Virus record (IMG/VR): IMGVR_UViG_3300033111_000121
Location: 1 to 53,906 of that record
Length of the DNA stretch: 53,906 nucleotides
Source: a virus
Strand: one strand, 5' to 3'
Of the stretch, positions 34,337 to 42,581 are shown in pieces. The position numbers and the translations under genes were made by a program. Position 1 is the stretch's first letter. Every line of letters begins with the position of its first letter. Under the pieces are notes generated by a model that worked only from the letters and a program-made list of their open reading frames with translations, was not told the origin of the DNA and ran no database searches.

Positions 34337-35961
34337 GTGAACTTGTCCTAAGGCCCTACCAGGAGAGTGGGGTGGCTCGAGCCTGCTCAATGATGGATGA
34401 GGGGCTCAGTCCTCTTGTGCAATCTCCAACAGGGTCGGGTAAGACCATCATGGCTACGGAGATCGTGAAGCGTTCTCCAAAGCCTGTGCTGGCTATTGCT
34501 CATTCGGAGGAGATCCACGGACAAACGATAGACAAGTTTTTGAAGGCCGGCCTAAGGGTTGGGTCTATTACTTCGGATACCAGGACTGGTCAATATCTCA
34601 ATGGATCCCTATGGGGCCATGATGTTGTCGTGGCGATGCAGAAAACCGTGTGGTCTCGTCTAAAGAAGGGTCATCATCTAGGCGACTACAAGAGATTGAT
34701 CATCGATGAGTGCCACCATGTTCTTGCCAAGACATGGATGTACATCGTCAACCACTACGATATTCCCCGGTGTGGTCTCAGCGCAACCCCTTCGAGGTCC
34801 GATGGTCGAGGCCTTGGATCCCCTGATGATAGCGGCAAGCCCATCTTCGATGAGATCGTGGTGGCTGCTTTGTATAAGGAACTGATCGAGGATAATTTCC
34901 TCGTTGATGCTCCGGCCAACAAGATCTACACATGGGACATCGACACATCTGAGTTCAAGACCGCCATGGGCGACTATCAGATGGGAGGTAAGTATGGTGC
35001 ATCCAAGAAGCTCAACACTGTCAAGCGAGTTGGCGATTGCGTTGCTTACTGGATGCAACTTGCCAGAGGCAAGCGCACTCTTTGTTTTGCCTCCTCAGTC
35101 GATCACTCCCTTCATCTCGTCGAGAGGTTCATTGGACAGGGAATACGAGCTGTTCACGTTGACGGAGAAACCGACAAGGACTATCGAAGACAAGTCAAGC
35201 ATGACCTGGAAGCCGGTGACATCGACATCGTCTCCAACTATGGAATCTACACCGAGGGGTTTGACTGTGTAGAGGTAGAGTGCATCATCCTTGAGAGGCC
35301 TACCAGGCTCCCTCATCTGTACCTACAGATGGCTGGCAGAGGACTGAGACCTGCTGATCACATTGATAAGACTGATCTGATGATCATCGATCCTGTCGGT
35401 TGTGTGGCTCGCATGGGTCGCCCAACGCTCGACAGGCATTGGAGCCTTAGCAGCAATAACAAGGCTGCCAGTGAACCGGATGAAGAGGACGAGGAAGAGA
35501 CCAAGGAGTGCGGAGGATGTGGAGTTCAGTTGTCCGCTATTCCTTGCGAGGTCTGTGGCTGGGAGCCTGAGTACCCTGCGTCTATGGGTGGAGGCAAGGT
35601 AAGTCAGGATGACTGGTTTGCCACAGGAACTCTTGTCCGCCTCTCGGATCGAATCAAGGCAGAGATGGAGGAGATCCACTCTGACCCCAACAGAGACAGG
35701 TACTTGTCTTTGCTATCCCAGGCAGAGCGTAGAGGTCTCAAGTCTGGGTGGGCCTACTACAGGTACCGCGACGAGACTGGAGAAGAGCCGAACGAAATGT
35801 GGTCCTTGCCGGACCCGAGAAAGGTTGAGCCGACAGAGTTCTATGAGAGCTGTGTCGAGTTCGCAACGAGCCGGGGGTGGAAGCCAGGGTGGGCCTACTT
35901 CCGGTTCAAGGACATCTACGATCGCCCACCCACACCAGAAGAGAAAGGAGTCTACGCATGA
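34333..35961 (+). CDS. SF2 DEAD/DEAH-box DNA helicase, 542 aa
   Basis: Walker A SPTGSGKT and DECH box (IIDECHH). C-terminal CGGCG...CEVCG zinc finger. GTGA overlap with the upstream gene. Confidence 0.85.
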   Translation: MSELVLRPYQESGVARACSMMDEGLSPLVQSPTGSGKTIMATEIVKRSPKPVLAIAHSEEIHGQTIDKFLKAGLRVGSITSDTRTGQYLNGSLWGHDVVVAMQKTVWSRLKKGHHLGDYKRLIIDECHHVLAKTWMYIVNHYDIPRCGLSATPSRSDGRGLGSPDDSGKPIFDEIVVAALYKELIEDNFLVDAPANKIYTWDIDTSEFKTAMGDYQMGGKYGASKKLNTVKRVGDCVAYWMQLARGKRTLCFASSVDHSLHLVERFIGQGIRAVHVDGETDKDYRRQVKHDLEAGDIDIVSNYGIYTEGFDCVEVECIILERPTRLPHLYLQMAGRGLRPADHIDKTDLMIIDPVGCVARMGRPTLDRHWSLSSNNKAASEPDEEDEEETKECGGCGVQLSAIPCEVCGWEPEYPASMGGGKVSQDDWFATGTLVRLSDRIKAEMEEIHSDPNRDRYLSLLSQAERRGLKSGWAYYRYRDETGEEPNEMWSLPDPRKVEPTEFYESCVEFATSRGWKPGWAYFRFKDIYDRPPTPEEKGVYA

Positions 35962-36308
35962 CGAAGAAGAAGGCCCCACCAATCACGATGGACCCACCGC
36001 CCGCCCTCGAGGCTGACGAGGAGACCCAGGGGGACCAGGAACAGCAGCAGGAGGCCCAGGCGGCCGCTCAGGCTGCCCAGGAGTCCTCCAGGGACGCCTC
36101 GGCGCTGGAGATCGACCACCTCGACCTCAGGCGCTCTAAGAGCGCCCTGAATCAGACGGAGCTGGTCTACGACAAGCTGATCCGTCTTCGCTTCCAGGAA
36201 AGCGACGAGGTTGCTCAGGTGTGTCTCGAGGCCGCTCAGAATGCGGTCAGCGCCCTCGTGGTCCTGCGGCAGAACATCGATCTGCTGCGGGTGGGGATGG
36301 CTCGCTAG
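35958..36308 (+). CDS. Hypothetical acidic Gln/Ala-rich protein, 116 aa
   Basis: ATGA overlap with the helicase stop. Confidence 0.55.
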   Translation: MTKKKAPPITMDPPPALEADEETQGDQEQQQEAQAAAQAAQESSRDASALEIDHLDLRRSKSALNQTELVYDKLIRLRFQESDEVAQVCLEAAQNAVSALVVLRQNIDLLRVGMAR

Positions 36309-36499
36309 TGGGAGCCGCTCAGTGGACGGTGTTGATCGTGCTCACGCTTTCGCTTGGGCTCGGTCACGCCGTTTACATCACCACCCTTCGTTACAACAAG
36401 CAACTGAGCAGCGCTTATGTTATCTCGGCATTGGTCTTTCAACTTCTGTTGGGAGCTATGCTGGCTGCATTCGTGTTGCTCGCTGTGAGAGGAGGATAG
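36308..36499 (+). CDS. Small two-helix membrane protein, 63 aa
   Basis: GTG 36308 shares one nt with the upstream TAG. Hydrophobic segments WTVLIVLTLSLGLG and VISALVFQLLLGAMLAAFVLLAV. Confidence 0.5.
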   Translation: MGAAQWTVLIVLTLSLGLGHAVYITTLRYNKQLSSAYVISALVFQLLLGAMLAAFVLLAVRGG

Positions 36500-36503
36500 A
36501 GAA

Positions 36504-37415
36504 TTGGCACTGAAACTATCTGAGGAGGCTCCATCACGTCCGGTGATAGGCTTGGTTTACGGCAGAGGAGGTAGTCGAAAGACATCCTTCGCCAACACGG
36601 CAAAGAGGCCTTTGGTTATTGCGTTTGACCAAAGAGGCTACAGCCGTTCATTTCGCCAGTCGGAAGCAAGGGTGTATGTCAATGCCTGGGAAGAGATCTC
36701 GGCCATTGAGCCGTCAGACCTCAAGGGGTACGACACACTGATTGTCGACACCCTTGGCAGGGCTTTGGATTCCGCAGCCGAGAAGGCGATCAGGGACTCA
36801 CCCAAGAATGCCATCCGTTCCACAGGAGCGTTGAGCAAGCAAGGGTACGGTGCGGTCAAGAAGATGTTCAGGGATTGGCTCTTCAAGTTTGTTGACCACA
36901 TCGATGTCATCCTGATTGCTCAGGATCGCACGGTTCCGAATCCCGAGGATGCGGACGTGGATATGTCGATCCCCGAGATTGTCGGTGGAACCAAGACACT
37001 GATCCACGAGGAGTGCGACTTCATTGGTTGGGCTCGAGCTGCTGATGGAGACAAGTTCTTTGTGTCCTTCAACCCCTCCGCAAGGTGGGTTGCGAAGAGT
37101 TCGCCGGCTGGTCTCAGCACAATCGAGATCGCTCCTGATGACGAGAACCTGATGGCTGGCATCATCGAGAGAGTCAAGGCCAGCATTGCCGACATGGCTA
37201 ACTCGGAGAAGGCCGAGGCAATCAGTGAGGCTCGAGCGGCCCTGTCTTCGTGCAAGGACGTGAAGGCGCTCAACAAGGTCACCAAGGCTGCGATGAAGGC
37301 AGAGGTCGTCACAATCCTCTGGCAGGAGATCGCCACCCTTGGAACCGAACTCGGTTACGAGTGGGATCGCGAGAAGAAGGTGTGGGCTGAGGCTCAGGAG
37401 GAATCCAGTGAATGA
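36504..37415 (+). CDS. AAA_24/Sak4-like RecA-fold ATPase, 303 aa
   Basis: TTG start 7 nt after GAGGAGGA. P-loop-like GLVYGRGGSRKTS and Walker B-like TLIVDTLG. Confidence 0.6.
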   Translation: MALKLSEEAPSRPVIGLVYGRGGSRKTSFANTAKRPLVIAFDQRGYSRSFRQSEARVYVNAWEEISAIEPSDLKGYDTLIVDTLGRALDSAAEKAIRDSPKNAIRSTGALSKQGYGAVKKMFRDWLFKFVDHIDVILIAQDRTVPNPEDADVDMSIPEIVGGTKTLIHEECDFIGWARAADGDKFFVSFNPSARWVAKSSPAGLSTIEIAPDDENLMAGIIERVKASIADMANSEKAEAISEARAALSSCKDVKALNKVTKAAMKAEVVTILWQEIATLGTELGYEWDREKKVWAEAQEESSE

Positions 37416-37587
37416 TCTGGAAGAGGCTATCGAGTCAATGGAGTCTGCCCTTGTTATTGTTGGTGGCTTTGATCTTGATGGTCTTACGGATGATCAAGAC
37501 AAGTGGATCATGAGTTCGTATAGGAAGCTGCAAAGCTCCATCGACGATCTCAGGGACGCTATCGAGAGCATAGATGATGGCTCTTAG
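37408..37587 (+). CDS. Small acidic helical protein, 59 aa
   Basis: GTG 37408 lies 6 nt after AGGAGG. It is the tail of track ORF 37339..37587. Confidence 0.5.
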   Translation: MNDLEEAIESMESALVIVGGFDLDGLTDDQDKWIMSSYRKLQSSIDDLRDAIESIDDGS

Positions 37588-38269
37588 TCTCGCACCACCC
37601 GATGTAGAGCCCCAGGATGTGTGGAAGGTCTACCCCACACACCTGGAGTCTCTACGTCGATACGACCAAGGATACCTCGACGATGACGAGATGCGTCAGC
37701 GCTTGTCTGGGGAATACGAACAGAACGAGAAGATGAGGATCGGTCATGCGATCCATGAGGCTCTCGAGAGCGGGATCAATGCCCCGATCGAGAGTGAGAG
37801 TGAGTTGCGGATGGTTGGTCGAGGGTGGGGTTGTAGAGACCTAGCTTTTGGCAAGAACAGGGTTAAGTGGCATCGAGACACTGCATTCCTGGAGCGGCCG
37901 TTCAAGATTGCCTACGACACACCAGTAGGTAAGATTATCCTCAGTGGGAGAGCTGATGTCATAACGGAGTCTGGAACTGTTGTCGACTACAAGACCTCGA
38001 CAAGGGCTCCTAACTTCGAGGTGTCAGCTTACCCTTCCTGGCAGTGGAGGTCTTATCTTGTTGCTCTTCAATGCGAGCACTTCGTATATCGACACTTCCA
38101 GTATCGGTATGACGGAGGCAACATTGTTGAGCTGTACGAGCCGGTCGATCTTGATCTCTATCTTTCAGCGACCGAGAGGCCAGCGATGGAAGTCAAGATG
38201 ATCAATACGATGGTTGATGTCGTGAAGATCGCAAAGGCTCTTGGAGTCGACAAGGAGATCGAAGCATGA
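37574..38269 (+). CDS. PD-(D/E)xK (Cas4/RecB-like) exonuclease, 231 aa
   Basis: GHAIHEALE motif and GRADVITESGTVVDYKTS (D...D-x-K). Confidence 0.65.
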   Translation: MMALSLAPPDVEPQDVWKVYPTHLESLRRYDQGYLDDDEMRQRLSGEYEQNEKMRIGHAIHEALESGINAPIESESELRMVGRGWGCRDLAFGKNRVKWHRDTAFLERPFKIAYDTPVGKIILSGRADVITESGTVVDYKTSTRAPNFEVSAYPSWQWRSYLVALQCEHFVYRHFQYRYDGGNIVELYEPVDLDLYLSATERPAMEVKMINTMVDVVKIAKALGVDKEIEA

Positions 38270-38460
38270 ACAAGAGAGAGGAAAGGAAACACATGAAGAA
38301 CGCTGTCTCCAAGTTCGAGAGGGCGTTCATCAATGGCACCGGGGCTCGCTTTACCAAGGAAGAGACCTATGCCATCGTCAGCGCCCTTACCGAGGGTGCC
38401 TGGGACAAGGAAATGGGCAAGGCTGTAGCGGAGGCAACTCGCAATGCAGTTGTCCAGTGA
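38266..38460 (+). CDS. Hypothetical protein, 64 aa
   Basis: ORF track; ATGA overlap. Confidence 0.5.
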   Translation: MNKREERKHMKNAVSKFERAFINGTGARFTKEETYAIVSALTEGAWDKEMGKAVAEATRNAVVQ

Positions 38461-38797
38461 AGCTGGGCAAGCTGAGGGTCGCCTTCTGAGAGCCCTTGCT
38501 GCCTGGGCGGCTGGGGAGATCGATGACAGGTCGTTCTACGGCGCTCTGAACCATGCTCTTCTTCATGTGAGAAGGGAGACTATATTCGACATCTTGTGTG
38601 GACATGCCCTACCTGAGAGCGTGTATGACAAGGTGTTCGAGCAGATCGAATTTGAGATGATTCGCGTCAAGAAGATTCTCAACAGCACTCGACGAAGAGA
38701 GGTCAGCAGAGAGTGCAACAACAAGTACCGTGTTCTTTGCGCTAGAAGGTCTGCTCTAGTTGAGGCCAATGACTATGTTCGTGACAACGAACTATAG
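38444..38797 (+). CDS. Hypothetical protein, 117 aa
   Basis: ORF track. Confidence 0.55.
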   Translation: MQLSSEAGQAEGRLLRALAAWAAGEIDDRSFYGALNHALLHVRRETIFDILCGHALPESVYDKVFEQIEFEMIRVKKILNSTRRREVSRECNNKYRVLCARRSALVEANDYVRDNEL

Positions 38798-38810
38798 AAA
38801 GGGAGGCAAG

Positions 38811-39110
38811 ATGCCAACCATCGCTGAACTCCAGAAGGAGTGCTACGCGATTGCTGATGATCACGGGTTTCACGACAAGCCCAGGGACTTCGGCCTCGTA
38901 ATCGCTCTGATCCACTCAGAGGCAAGCGAGGCGTTGGAGTCGTACAGAGACAGCGAGCCTGTTCAGAGACAGCTCGAGGAGTTTGCTGACATTTGTATCA
39001 GGGTGTTTGATGCCTGTGAGGAATTCCAACTTGGTGATCTCGAACAAGCCATCTTGAAGAAGATGGAGAAAAACAGAGGTCGCCCACACATGCACGGGAA
39101 GACATGCTGA
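38811..39110 (+). CDS. mazG: MazG-like nucleoside triphosphate pyrophosphohydrolase, 99 aa
   Basis: LIHSEASEALE...EEFADICIRVFD fits the MazG EExxE/D helix pattern. ATG 38811 follows GGGAGG. Confidence 0.7.
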   Translation: MPTIAELQKECYAIADDHGFHDKPRDFGLVIALIHSEASEALESYRDSEPVQRQLEEFADICIRVFDACEEFQLGDLEQAILKKMEKNRGRPHMHGKTC

Positions 39111-39202
39111 GCTTGGTGATTGGCATAGCGTTGTATATCGCTTTGTCGTTCATGTTCTGCTTTGTCTTCCACCTTTGGATGGAGGAAGATAGACAATGCT
39201 AG
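39104..39202 (+). CDS. Small hydrophobic peptide, 32 aa
   Basis: The ATG overlaps the mazG stop region. Sequence MLSLVIGIALYIALSFMFCFVFHLWMEEDRQC. Its stop overlaps the next ATG region. Confidence 0.35.
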   Translation: MLSLVIGIALYIALSFMFCFVFHLWMEEDRQC

Positions 39203-39783
39203 GAGCGATACTCGGATTCTTCGGGCCTTATGTGCCTGACTTGATCGGTCTCTTCCGCGATAGAGGTGACCGAAAGCATGAGATGGAGATGATGCGTCTC
39301 CGTTTCCAGTTCGCCGATGCTGAGGCTGACCGTCTTGCTTGGCGTGACGCTGCAACAGCAGGGGCTCGGGATCGTTCGTCTGCCAGGGCTTACCAGCCGG
39401 CGTTGAGCATCAGGCTTCTTGATGCCGCCAGAAGGTGGAAACTGATGCCTCGATGGCTGCTTGCGGGCCTTGTAGCTCTCTTTGGCTTCGTAGACTTCGT
39501 GAGCCAGACTGTGAGGCCTGTAGTCACCTATCTGGTTGTTGGTCTATGGTTCTTCCTGCTGATCGGAGCAATCAGAGAGGTGGTTGGAGGAGATACTCTC
39601 TGGTCATCGATGTCTGGTTCTAGAAACAACTTTGTGATGGGCCTGTTGTCCGCTGTTGTCCCTAGTCAACCTCAAACTCTTGTTCTTGTCCTCGAGGCTT
39701 TCTATTTTGGTGACGTTGTTCTCAGCATTATCTTTTTCTGGTTTGGTCAGAGGACTCGCACGAGGATGATGGAGGGGCGATGA
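39196..39783 (+). CDS. Multi-pass membrane protein, holin candidate, 195 aa
   Basis: Several hydrophobic helices. ATGA overlap with the lysozyme gene. Confidence 0.55.
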   Translation: MLGAILGFFGPYVPDLIGLFRDRGDRKHEMEMMRLRFQFADAEADRLAWRDAATAGARDRSSARAYQPALSIRLLDAARRWKLMPRWLLAGLVALFGFVDFVSQTVRPVVTYLVVGLWFFLLIGAIREVVGGDTLWSSMSGSRNNFVMGLLSAVVPSQPQTLVLVLEAFYFGDVVLSIIFFWFGQRTRTRMMEGR

Positions 39784-40241
39784 GCGCTAGAGCCGTAAAG
39801 CTCGCAAAGCAGATCATCTCTCGTTGGGAGGGTTGCCACCTGGAGCCGTACAAGTGTCCGGCTGGATTCCCGACCGTAGGGTTTGGCCGTCTCCTGGGGC
39901 CTAGAAGCGCCGATCTCGACGACTTCCGGGCGATCACCCAGGACGAGGCCGACTCCTACCTGGAAGAGGACGTGAGGAGCCACATGAACCAAGTCTTGGG
40001 CTTGATCGATGTGCCTCTCACAGATGCAATGCTGGCGGCTCTGACGAGTTTCACCTATAACCTGGGAGCGGGACGCCTCGAGGCGTCTACGCTCCGCAGG
40101 GTTATCAACAGGGGTCACTACTGCGAAGCGCCCAGGCAGTTCGAGAGGTGGGTGTGGGCTGGTGGGGTCAAGTTGCGTGGCCTTGTCAGGAGGCGGGACG
40201 ACGAGATCGCCCTGTGGGAAAGCGAGGGACTTCCGGCATGA
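39780..40241 (+). CDS. GH24 phage lysozyme (endolysin), 153 aa
   Basis: ISRWEGCHLEPYKCPAGFPTVGFG...LTDAMLAALTSFTYNLGAG is the T4-lysozyme-family pattern. Confidence 0.85.
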   Translation: MSARAVKLAKQIISRWEGCHLEPYKCPAGFPTVGFGRLLGPRSADLDDFRAITQDEADSYLEEDVRSHMNQVLGLIDVPLTDAMLAALTSFTYNLGAGRLEASTLRRVINRGHYCEAPRQFERWVWAGGVKLRGLVRRRDDEIALWESEGLPA

Positions 40242-40495
40242 GGATTCCCAATGCCTTGTTTGGGTGTGAAGCCGGCCACTCTTGTGGTGACAACGGTGGG
40301 TACGACTACATTGCTCTGTCTGCGGCGGAACTGTATTGGGATGTCGCAGGAAGTAGATGGGTCTGTGAGTATTGCTATGACGACCTCGAAGAGAGAGAGG
40401 ATTGGGATAAGGTCAAGGTTCTGCAACAAGTCATCGATAGCACAGAAGACAATGAGCTGCTAAAGCTCTTTAGGAGTGACAATGCCCAAACCTAG
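40238..40495 (+). CDS. Hypothetical Cys-containing acidic protein, 85 aa
   Basis: ATGA overlap with the lysozyme stop. It is the tail of track ORF 40148..40495. Confidence 0.5.
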   Translation: MRIPNALFGCEAGHSCGDNGGYDYIALSAAELYWDVAGSRWVCEYCYDDLEEREDWDKVKVLQQVIDSTEDNELLKLFRSDNAQT

Positions 40496-40733
40496 TGGAG
40501 TCAAAAAGAAGAGCGAAGGCGAGCAGAAGAAGAAGAGCAATGTCCTCCGTCAACACACCAAGAGACAGGCAACCAATCGTATGGGCCATGGTGGATACCC
40601 ACCATTGCTCGACACCTCAAAGAGGCATAGCGACGCTATCCCTCTTTATTATCTCATCAACGGGGATCCGGTGTATCCAACGAAGAAGGTGAAGTACCCT
40701 GATCGTATGCCGGCTTCCGCAACAAGGGCCTGA
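40482..40733 (+). CDS. Basic hypothetical protein, 83 aa
   Basis: ATG 40482 lies 5 nt after AGGAG. The track starts it at GTG 40476. Confidence 0.5.
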   Translation: MPKPSGVKKKSEGEQKKKSNVLRQHTKRQATNRMGHGGYPPLLDTSKRHSDAIPLYYLINGDPVYPTKKVKYPDRMPASATRA

Positions 40734-40760
40734 GCACAGGCTTAGAAAAAGGAGAAGAAG

Positions 40761-41048
40761 ATGGAAGTTCAGAATGGAATTAAGGTTCGGTGCATGATCA
40801 CTGGGTTTGAGGGTGTGGTGATGGCTATTTGTCACTACTGGACCGGATGTACCCATGCTTAGGTGAAGCCCATGAATCTCAACAGCAAGGGCTATCCTGA
40901 CAAGGCGGTGTGGATCGATGTGCAACGTCTTGACATTCTTGATGAGGGAGAAATCCTCAATCCCATCGCCAGGGATCGCTCTGATAGAGCCCCTGTAGCG
41001 GCCGTGGGAGGCCCACCAGAGCACGGCAACTCTCCGGGTTATTCTTGA
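40761..41048 (+). pseudogene. Small gene interrupted by an in-frame TAG (33 codons, TAG, 61 codons)
   Basis: ATG 40761 follows GGAGAA. TAG at 40860-40862 is in frame with track ORF 40863..41048. The two halves read as one continuous small domain. Confidence 0.55.
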
Positions 41049-41067
41049 TTCTGTGCTAGGGTTTGGT

Positions 41068-41142
41068 TGCGGGGTGGAGCAGTGGTAGCTCGTCTGGCTC
41101 ATTACCAGAAGGCCGAAGGTTCAATTCCTTCCCCCGCAACCA
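41068..41142 (+). tRNA. tRNA with CAU anticodon (Met or Ile2 type), CCA encoded
   Basis: Manual cloverleaf: acceptor TGCGGGG/CCCCGCA, D arm GAGC-AGTGGTA-GCTC, anticodon arm TCTGG-CTCATTA-CCAGA, variable loop AGGCC, T arm GAAGG-TTCAATT-CCTTC, discriminator A, CCA. Confidence 0.85.
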
Positions 41143-41180
41143 CCCTTGTTCCCAAGGTCCCCAGAAAGGCGAGGCTTTCA

Positions 41181-41750
41181 GTGTCGAACGAGTCGCCGGG
41201 TGAGATCTTATCGGGCCTGACCAAGAAGAATATGGTCCTCGCCTTCACCGGGGGGCAGTTCTCGATGCTGGATTGGGTGGAGGCCATGATGGCTCGCGTC
41301 GGACCCTGCGATCTGACGATCTGCTCCTGGACTGCATCGAAGGCGGCTGCGCAGCGGATCGGCTCTTGGCTCAAGTCAGGCAAGGCTGGTTCGATCAAGA
41401 TGATCATCGACGACTCGCTAGCCTCTCGGCAGCCCCGAGCCCACGAGGCGCTTGAGGAGGCGGTCGGGACGGAGAACCTCGTGGAAATGTCGGTTCACGC
41501 GAAGTTCGCCATTGCCAAGGGAAAGAAGGAGACTTTGACGGCGCTCATGTCTGGAAACTTGACCAGTACCCCGGCTGCCGAGTATTATTTGGTCGAATCG
41601 GGACCCGGCCTCTACGAGGGAGTCAAGGAGCTTGTCAACAAGGTGTGGAACTGCGACATCGAGGCCGGCCGGGTTTGGGGTCAGCTTCGATCCAAAGAAA
41701 CCGCTGAGAAAGTTGGCGGCGTTTCCGTCTTTGAGATGACCTTGAGATGA
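41181..41750 (+). CDS. PLD-like (HKD superfamily) protein, 189 aa (172 aa from ATG 41232)
   Basis: SVHAKFAIAKGKKETLTALMSGNLT resembles an HxK...GSxN PLD motif with the Asp replaced. The track start at 41067 overlaps the tRNA and is rejected. Confidence 0.5.
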   Translation: MSNESPGEILSGLTKKNMVLAFTGGQFSMLDWVEAMMARVGPCDLTICSWTASKAAAQRIGSWLKSGKAGSIKMIIDDSLASRQPRAHEALEEAVGTENLVEMSVHAKFAIAKGKKETLTALMSGNLTSTPAAEYYLVESGPGLYEGVKELVNKVWNCDIEAGRVWGQLRSKETAEKVGGVSVFEMTLR

Positions 41751-41923
41751 CCAAGAAAGACAAAAGTGTCATGGTTCGCTTTTCTCCCCATGTTCACAAA
41801 AGACTTATGGATCAGTGCAAGTTCTTTGGTGTAACCATGTCTGAGTTTGTACGAGCTTTGGTCCATCAAGGTCTAAACAGGACAGAGCAAGCTCAAAGCA
41901 TGATAGTGGAGGACTATAAGTGA
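41747..41923 (+). CDS. Ribbon-helix-helix protein, 58 aa (below track cutoff)
   Basis: ATGA overlap with the PLD-like gene. Manual translation gives MTKKDKSVMVRFSPHVHKRLMDQCKFFGVTMSEFVRALVHQGLNRTEQ... Confidence 0.55.
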   Translation: MTKKDKSVMVRFSPHVHKRLMDQCKFFGVTMSEFVRALVHQGLNRTEQAQSMIVEDYK

Positions 41924-42201
41924 AGAAAGTCTTTGAGTTCTCGACCAGGAACCTTGAGAGCGATCCTTTCACCGTCAAGGGTGGTAGGTACATGATCGCT
42001 GTCAAGGACATCGGATCTGGTGCTGTCACTCTCCATGTTGATGTGGAGGGTGATTGGATCACTCATGATGCTTTCTCTGAGAATGGTGCCTGGGGCATGT
42101 TCCTCAGTGGATACCATGAGTACAGGTTGGTTGGTCCTGATGGGTGTACCGCTGTTGTCTCTCGCATTGACGATCGAGCTTACAGCGACACGACTCTGTA
42201 A
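41920..42201 (+). CDS. Hypothetical beta-rich protein, 93 aa
   Basis: ORF track; GTGA overlap. Confidence 0.55.
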   Translation: MKKVFEFSTRNLESDPFTVKGGRYMIAVKDIGSGAVTLHVDVEGDWITHDAFSENGAWGMFLSGYHEYRLVGPDGCTAVVSRIDDRAYSDTTL

Positions 42202-42581
42202 TGCCCACTCGAATCGGCTTTGGAGGCAGCTCCTCTACTACGGTCGTGGGGACTACCCATGACTCTCCGCGTAGGGTAACGAGTCTTGTTTCCGATGCTC
42301 CTGTTGGTCGGGTGGTGTACCTGACGAAGACTCATGGAACGGCTTCTCCGGGTCGTTACGAGTCGATGGGGAGTGGCGTGTGGAGGGCTGCTCCGGTTCT
42401 GTTGGCACTTCAAGTAGGGTCAAGGAGGCCCTGGGTGTCTGGGACCATGTACTTCCCTGGTGATATTGTTACTCAAGATGGAAGATCGTTCTATTGGGAT
42501 CCTGATAACAACATGCCATCTAGTTCAACTGAGCAACCGCGGCAAAATCAGGCTTACGATAGAAATTGGAGGCGGATGTGA
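42201..42581 (+). CDS. Hypothetical protein with a CBM5/12-like motif, 126 aa
   Basis: TAATG overlap. WVSGTMYFPGDIVTQDGRSFYW resembles a carbohydrate-binding W..G..Y..GD.V motif. Confidence 0.5.
   Translation: MPTRIGFGGSSSTTVVGTTHDSPRRVTSLVSDAPVGRVVYLTKTHGTASPGRYESMGSGVWRAAPVLLALQVGSRRPWVSGTMYFPGDIVTQDGRSFYWDPDNNMPSSSTEQPRQNQAYDRNWRRM

Noticed and set aside
41068-41142. The tRNA as an amber suppressor explaining the TAG at 40860
   Set aside because: With U33 fixed, the anticodon reads CAU, not CUA. No alternative register gives CUA.
41067-41180. N-terminal extension of track ORF 41067..41750
   Set aside because: It is translated straight through the tRNA gene. A GTG at 41181 with a GAGG upstream, or ATG 41232, gives a sensible start.
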